54,363 nucleotides of DNA. Origin: Spirochaetota bacterium (GTDB taxonomy: Bacteria > Spirochaetota > UBA4802 > UBA5550). The notes beneath the pieces were generated by a model. That model was given only the letters and a program-made list of their open reading frames with translations, ran no database searches and had not been told where the DNA came from. The position numbers and the translations under genes are program-made. This document shows, in pieces, positions 49,566 through 54,363 of this stretch (position 1 is the first letter of the stretch; every line of letters begins with the position of its first letter). The stretch spans positions 1 through 54,363 of the forward strand of contig JBNKTL010000032.1 of NCBI GenBank assembly GCA_050298055.1, read 5' to 3'.

Positions 49566-50885
49566 TTATTCAACAGAATAGAATGACTCGCTGAACTCAG
49601 GCTTTTCAGCATAGCGGGCCATAAAGAAACCCCATGCTTTTTCAATGTTGTTCAAAATATCCGGGTTCACATCAATACCGGCACCCTGCAGCGCGCCAAT
49701 GACCTCAGTGACCCTGGGCGGACAGCCCCTGACCTTGATAAGTTCAACCGCATCCTGATAGTCTTTGTTCTCATTGACCATACACTGTCCCATGAGAATT
49801 GTCTTTTTCCCGGGTTCCGGTTTCATGCTCTTCCCCGTGAGGACCTCAACATTGTCCCACGGTTCTCCCTTCCATGCCAGCGCTATTGCCGTGATTACGG
49901 CCCCTGTAATCCCCGAACAATATGTGCACATGGTGTTATCATATTTCCGGTAGGAAAGCCCCCTGACACCCATCTTTTCCATTTTAACAGGAAGCGTCCC
50001 ATCCTCATTATAGGGAAAGTCGTAGCGGTGCAGCGAAGCAACATTATCTATCTCTTCCCCCCTGATATCAATATCTGAAAGATCGGACGGCCTTCCCGCA
50101 TCCTCCAGGGCATATTTCAGATAATGAACATCATCAGCTGCATACCCCAGCAGGCGCGCACCAATAAGGTCGCCGGAAATAAGATCGGGTGATGCTATCA
50201 ATAAATCACTCCTTCTGGCCCTGCCGTCAAATGTGGGCCCCCATTCCAGGGAGTAGATCCCATCAATGATATTTATGACCGGGGGAAAGCTTTTATAGAT
50301 TCTCGATATAAACCTGTTCAGGTCCAGCTCCGGGTTAGTGCTGTGACATGTCTTCCGGGAATTTATATCCAGGACCCCCTTGAGGTTTTTAAGCCCGAGG
50401 CTCACAACTGTCTGCGCATGAGTTTTGAGAACCGGGAGATCGATAACAAAATCCGATTCCAGTATGTCCCGGTTTACCTTAAGCTTTACATTCTCACTTA
50501 TATCTATGGATGTGAAGGGCCGGGAAAAGATGTCCATACATTTGACACCATACTTTTCAACCAGCCGGTTGTAACCGAGACTTTCAAATGCATGACTGAA
50601 GGTATCGGTATCATTGGGCTTCATGGTTATAATCCCTTCGCCGATCGTTATATCTGTCACACCGTGTTCCTTTAAAAGAAGTACAGTATCTTCCATAACC
50701 CGTGATGTTGTAATGACACCCCACTTGGGAAAAACTGTCTCCCTGGTCCAGACCACAATATTCGGCTTGATAAAAACCTTTGAACCCGGTTTTATCTTTT
50801 CAAATGCTCCCGATAATTCGACCACATCTTTCAGGGAGCTGTATCTCTCCCGGTAACGGACTATTCCCGCTCTGAAATCAGCCAT
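49566..50885 (-). CDS. DUF362-domain protein
   Basis: VFIKPN, IGEG, LPVLKTH, SLGLKNLKG, IDGI; C-terminal CTYC/GCPP. Confidence 0.88.
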   Translation of the reverse strand: MADFRAGIVRYRERYSSLKDVVELSGAFEKIKPGSKVFIKPNIVVWTRETVFPKWGVITTSRVMEDTVLLLKEHGVTDITIGEGIITMKPNDTDTFSHAFESLGYNRLVEKYGVKCMDIFSRPFTSIDISENVKLKVNRDILESDFVIDLPVLKTHAQTVVSLGLKNLKGVLDINSRKTCHSTNPELDLNRFISRIYKSFPPVINIIDGIYSLEWGPTFDGRARRSDLLIASPDLISGDLIGARLLGYAADDVHYLKYALEDAGRPSDLSDIDIRGEEIDNVASLHRYDFPYNEDGTLPVKMEKMGVRGLSYRKYDNTMCTYCSGITGAVITAIALAWKGEPWDNVEVLTGKSMKPEPGKKTILMGQCMVNENKDYQDAVELIKVRGCPPRVTEVIGALQGAGIDVNPDILNNIEKAWGFFMARYAEKPEFSESFYSVE

Positions 50886-50919
50886 ATGATCCTCCAGTTA
50901 TTTTCCCGACATCTCACTA

Positions 50920-51696
50920 CTACACAATATCATCAAGCAAAGAAAGATCATCCGTTATGAATCCATCTGCCCCTGAAAGTCTCAACGCCGCTGCCTCTTT
51001 CCTGCTGCTGACCCCCTTCATATAGACACGGATGCCCCTCTCCGCCGTACTGCTTATGAGTCCCTGGTTGCCGATATGTGAGGTTCCGATAAATTCCGGC
51101 GTAATAATCGCGTCACCGGGAAATTTTTTTCTGAAAGCCAGAATCCCTGTTCTAAAGAGGGCATAGTACCCTACAACTTCATTGATTGAGAATGAAGTTG
51201 CCGCATCGGGAAGTCGTTTTCTTACTATCTTAATAATTTTACTGTTATTCGATGAAACCAGTATCCTCCCCGAATTACCGTTCCTTGCCAGGAGGTCACA
51301 GAATACCGTTGCCGGCGCACTGTTTTCCCCCATAAGTACAATATTGAATTTTTTCCCGGGAAAGTGTTCAAAGAGTTCTTCAAGAGTAAAGAACCTGTAT
51401 CCCTTCCCCCTGTAGGGAAATCCGCTCTCCTCATTCAGCATATATGCCGCATCGAGATCTCTGAGTTCATCTGCCGACAGACGGGAAACCATAAGATCAT
51501 CACCGGTATACCCGGAGAGATTTGCTTCGGGAATTGATACCAGCTTGAGGTCGGAAGAAAGCCTGAAATAGAGAGTAACAACATGGGCGCCCTGCCGGAA
51601 AGCCTCTCCGATGGAATCAAGGGAATTTTCAGGCATTCCTTTTATTTTACCCAGTTCAGAAAACTTAAGGGGATTGTCATTAAAGAAGTTTTTCAT
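50920..51696 (-). CDS. Glycerophosphodiester phosphodiesterase-like protein, probably catalytically inactive
   Basis: PENS, L..LDA, GADGFITD retained; HRG, ExD and HD motifs substituted. Confidence 0.75.
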   Translation of the reverse strand: MKNFFNDNPLKFSELGKIKGMPENSLDSIGEAFRQGAHVVTLYFRLSSDLKLVSIPEANLSGYTGDDLMVSRLSADELRDLDAAYMLNEESGFPYRGKGYRFFTLEELFEHFPGKKFNIVLMGENSAPATVFCDLLARNGNSGRILVSSNNSKIIKIVRKRLPDAATSFSINEVVGYYALFRTGILAFRKKFPGDAIITPEFIGTSHIGNQGLISSTAERGIRVYMKGVSSRKEAAALRLSGADGFITDDLSLLDDIV

Positions 51697-51843
51697 AATT
51701 TATTTTTAATTCAAAAAAAATTTTTATTGATTATAGCCAAACCCTGTGTATAATGAACAGGAGTCAGGCTAATACCCGGTGATATTTTTGACAAGAAAAA
51801 GCTTTTCTTATTAAATTATTCACCGGAAAATATTTAACAAAAC

Positions 51844-51983
51844 GTAACTAGTCAGATATATGGATAAAATAAATTTGTTTACTAAAACTATCAACAATAT
51901 GTCCCCGACGCCTTGGGCGGCGGAGACATATCAGTTATTTTTTTTGTTAACACATCAACTTTTATACATAGCTGAGTAGTTAC
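51844..51983 (-). mobile_element. MITE-like repeat, full copy in reverse orientation
   Basis: gtaactagtcagatat...atatgtccccgacgccttgggcggcggagacatat...atagctgagtagttac. Confidence 0.78.
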
Positions 51984-52030
51984 AGTAATACAACTATATA
52001 ATAAACATATAATTATTCAAGGTAATTATC

Positions 52031-52579
52031 ATGGCAAAAGCACAATCCCTCATAAAAGCCTATAAGAATGAAGAGATACCTCCCAATGGCGGATTCATCG
52101 TATCCGGTTTTTTTGACCCGGGGTCGACCTACGCGATTTATGAAGTAACGGCATACCGCAATGTCAAAGACATTTACCAGGTCCCTGAAGGGATTGTCTT
52201 TAAAACAGATGGAAACAGGACACACATGCTGGTGGAACCTCCCGGATATCATAAAAAATATGTGGAGCCGGTATCGCGTGAGGACACTAAATCCATACCC
52301 TACAGGTTTGGAGATCTCGAAATTATAAAAACAAAAAAAGTTGAGAGAATTATGATCCCCGGTGAACCGCTGATGCTTTACTCCTCATTTACTATTTTAA
52401 ACACTGAGGGAGGTTCGTTCTCTTTTGTCTTTGAACCAACCAAGGACGTATACGGGGCGCTAAAAAAGTTTATTGAAGACAGTCTCTATAATGATTGCAA
52501 CCTCTCTAAATCGGATTCAACACAGGGATCAACAAAAATACTGGAAACAATAAAAAAGTTTACAATTTGGGGGACATAA
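52031..52579 (+). CDS. Hypothetical protein
   Basis: 182-aa ORF, AAGG RBS, same strand as the corC/recO genes. Confidence 0.75.
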   Translation: MAKAQSLIKAYKNEEIPPNGGFIVSGFFDPGSTYAIYEVTAYRNVKDIYQVPEGIVFKTDGNRTHMLVEPPGYHKKYVEPVSREDTKSIPYRFGDLEIIKTKKVERIMIPGEPLMLYSSFTILNTEGGSFSFVFEPTKDVYGALKKFIEDSLYNDCNLSKSDSTQGSTKILETIKKFTIWGT

Positions 52580-52640
52580 ATATAATTTGCGTAAAATCTG
52601 TGTGCATCATTAATTTATTGAGGTAAATAAATATCCAGAA

Positions 52641-53474
52641 ATGACATCTGACAATTCCGAGTCGAACATGCGCAGCGGGTATTTTACTAAAATTGTGTAC
52701 CTGCTGAAAAAACAATTCAAAAAAGAGACAAAGGACAACGATTATTCTCAGGCATACGAGAATCTTGATTCTCCCAGCCGTGATATGATTAAGGGTATCT
52801 TCGAGCTATCTGATCTCAACGCCCGGGATATCATGATTCCCCGGGTTGATATCATTACCGTTGATTCTAAAACCGACCTGAAATCCCTGGTTACCATAGT
52901 CAATAACGCGGGACACTCACGCCTCCCGGTATACGGGGAAACTATCGATAATATTATCGGTATCCTCTACGCCAAGGACCTTATCAAGCTTATCGTTGAC
53001 AACAGGAAGAAGTTCCAGCTGATAAAAATACTTCATGAGCCTTTTTTTGTACCGGAAACCATGCCGCTCAAAGAGCTCCTCTATGAATTCAAAAAGAGGA
53101 AGCTGCATCTTGCCGTAGTAGTTGATGAATACGGGGGAATTAGCGGCATTGTAACACTTGAGGATATTCTTGAAGAGATTGTAGGTGAGATCAGGGACGA
53201 GTTCGATACCGATGAACTTCCCGAGCTGAAAAAGATCGGGAAAAACCTGTACGAACTTGACTCAAGAATGACAATATCAGACTTCAACCAGCAGCTGGAG
53301 ATGGATATCCCCACAGATGATTTTGATACCATCGGAGGATTTGTATTCGACCTGTTCGGCAAGGTTCCCGCGAAGGATGAAACTGTTGACTATAAGGAGA
53401 AGGATATTAAATTCAAGATAAAGAAAATAAAGGGAACTGTCATTAGCCGCCTTGAAGTAAAGCTTCCCAGGTAA
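52641..53474 (+). CDS. CBS-pair/CorC (HlyC) family protein
   Basis: DIMIPRVD, GHSRLPVY, FVPET, VVDEYGG..GIVTLEDILEEIVGEIRDE, DTIGGF. Confidence 0.92.
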   Translation: MTSDNSESNMRSGYFTKIVYLLKKQFKKETKDNDYSQAYENLDSPSRDMIKGIFELSDLNARDIMIPRVDIITVDSKTDLKSLVTIVNNAGHSRLPVYGETIDNIIGILYAKDLIKLIVDNRKKFQLIKILHEPFFVPETMPLKELLYEFKKRKLHLAVVVDEYGGISGIVTLEDILEEIVGEIRDEFDTDELPELKKIGKNLYELDSRMTISDFNQQLEMDIPTDDFDTIGGFVFDLFGKVPAKDETVDYKEKDIKFKIKKIKGTVISRLEVKLPR

Positions 53475-53486
53475 TAATCCGTTTCC

Positions 53487-54236
53487 ATGGATATCAGGAA
53501 AACAGCGGGGATCGTCCTCTCTTCCCGGATCATAGGGGAAGCTGATGTTCTTGCTACGATAATCACCGAAGATTCCGGAAAGAGGAAATTCTCTTTCAAG
53601 GGGCTCAAGAAGAGCAGGAAGAGGCCCAGGTCTGCGGGCGAACCGGGGACCCTGCTTAGCCTCGTCTACTATCACCACCCGAACAGGGAAATCTCAACTG
53701 TTAATGAATTTACCATTGAATACCAACCGGTGAGAATAAGAGAGGAGATGAACAGGATATTCACGCTTTACTTCCTCCTTGAAGTCACTGAGAAGACAAT
53801 AGGATTTCATGATGACTCGGGAAATATTTTTAAACTGCTGAAATCGGGGGTCAGGGCGCTGGATGATACGGTGAGTCTCACAAACCTCTCGGTTTTTTAT
53901 CTCCTTCACCTTTTCAGGTTCCTCGGTATTATTCCCGATTTTTTGACCTGCAGGTCATGCGGAGACGAGACCTTCACAAAATTTATCCTCGAGGTTTCAG
54001 ACCTGAGCCCTGTATGCTGCAACTGCTATTGCGGCAGTCTGGATTTCCTCGGTGTTGATACAAGAAATTTTATCAATACTTCCCTGACCACAAAATATTC
54101 TGATATTGTTCACAGCCGTTTTGACGAGAAAGAGATATCAAAGCTTCTTTTTAACCTGGTACTCTTTGTGGAGAACTACTACCATATTGTTCTCAAGTCA
54201 AAGGAGTTTTTGAATATGAAGGGTCCATCCGCATGA
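53487..54236 (+). CDS. recO: DNA repair protein RecO
   Basis: GIVL....GEAD, KG..KSRKR, Zn finger CRSCG...CCNC, LKSKEFL. Confidence 0.9.
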   Translation: MDIRKTAGIVLSSRIIGEADVLATIITEDSGKRKFSFKGLKKSRKRPRSAGEPGTLLSLVYYHHPNREISTVNEFTIEYQPVRIREEMNRIFTLYFLLEVTEKTIGFHDDSGNIFKLLKSGVRALDDTVSLTNLSVFYLLHLFRFLGIIPDFLTCRSCGDETFTKFILEVSDLSPVCCNCYCGSLDFLGVDTRNFINTSLTTKYSDIVHSRFDEKEISKLLFNLVLFVENYYHIVLKSKEFLNMKGPSA

Positions 54237-54240
54237 TCAG

Positions 54241-54306
54241 CCCCTTAACCCCCAGAGGGGCACAAGAGATTGTTCGGATGAGAATTTTACGCCCCCTCTG
54301 GGGTTG
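54241..54306. repeat. REP-like repeat (second copy of the 24395 family)
   Basis: ccccttaacccccagaggggcacaagag...cgccccctctggggttg. Confidence 0.6.
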
Positions 54307-54363
54307 TCTGTCGATTAATTGACAGTTAAGGGGAATTATGATGATTTGGTATATCATTACTAA

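Noticed and set aside
1..54363. CRISPR array, cas genes, rRNA, prophage or integrase
   Set aside because: No regularly spaced direct repeats or recognisable proteins; the repeats present are dispersed and palindromic

Overview
A 54-kb chromosomal window from a bacterium that is probably a spirochaete of the Leptospirae-like group (inferred from the FlaB-type flagellin and a DUF1564-like gene). It carries about 50 CDS, including a ClpX-like ATPase, a six-subunit Ehr (hydrogenase-related, NiFe-ligand-free) complex headed by an HTH/PTS-EIIA gene, MenB, FlaB, PBP1A, an MCP, an RNB nuclease, a Phd/RelE toxin-antitoxin pair, a WYL regulator, YgiQ, SSB, a CorC-like protein and RecO. It also has tRNA-Leu(CAA), tRNA-Ser(CGA), several pseudogene fragments, a dispersed ~138-bp MITE-like family and several REP-like families. 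The standout is a complete IS110-family (IS1111-type) element at 45500-47053, inserted at a CA/TG core inside a REP-like repeat. Its ~420-nt downstream non-coding end reads as a bridge/seek RNA. One loop carries two 7-nt guides matching both flanks of the actual insertion site, and another matches the element's own end. One clear and one degenerate extra copy of the target-binding scaffold carry different guide sequences, suggesting a tandem multi-target guide array. All calls were made by eye; no database searches or folding computations were run.
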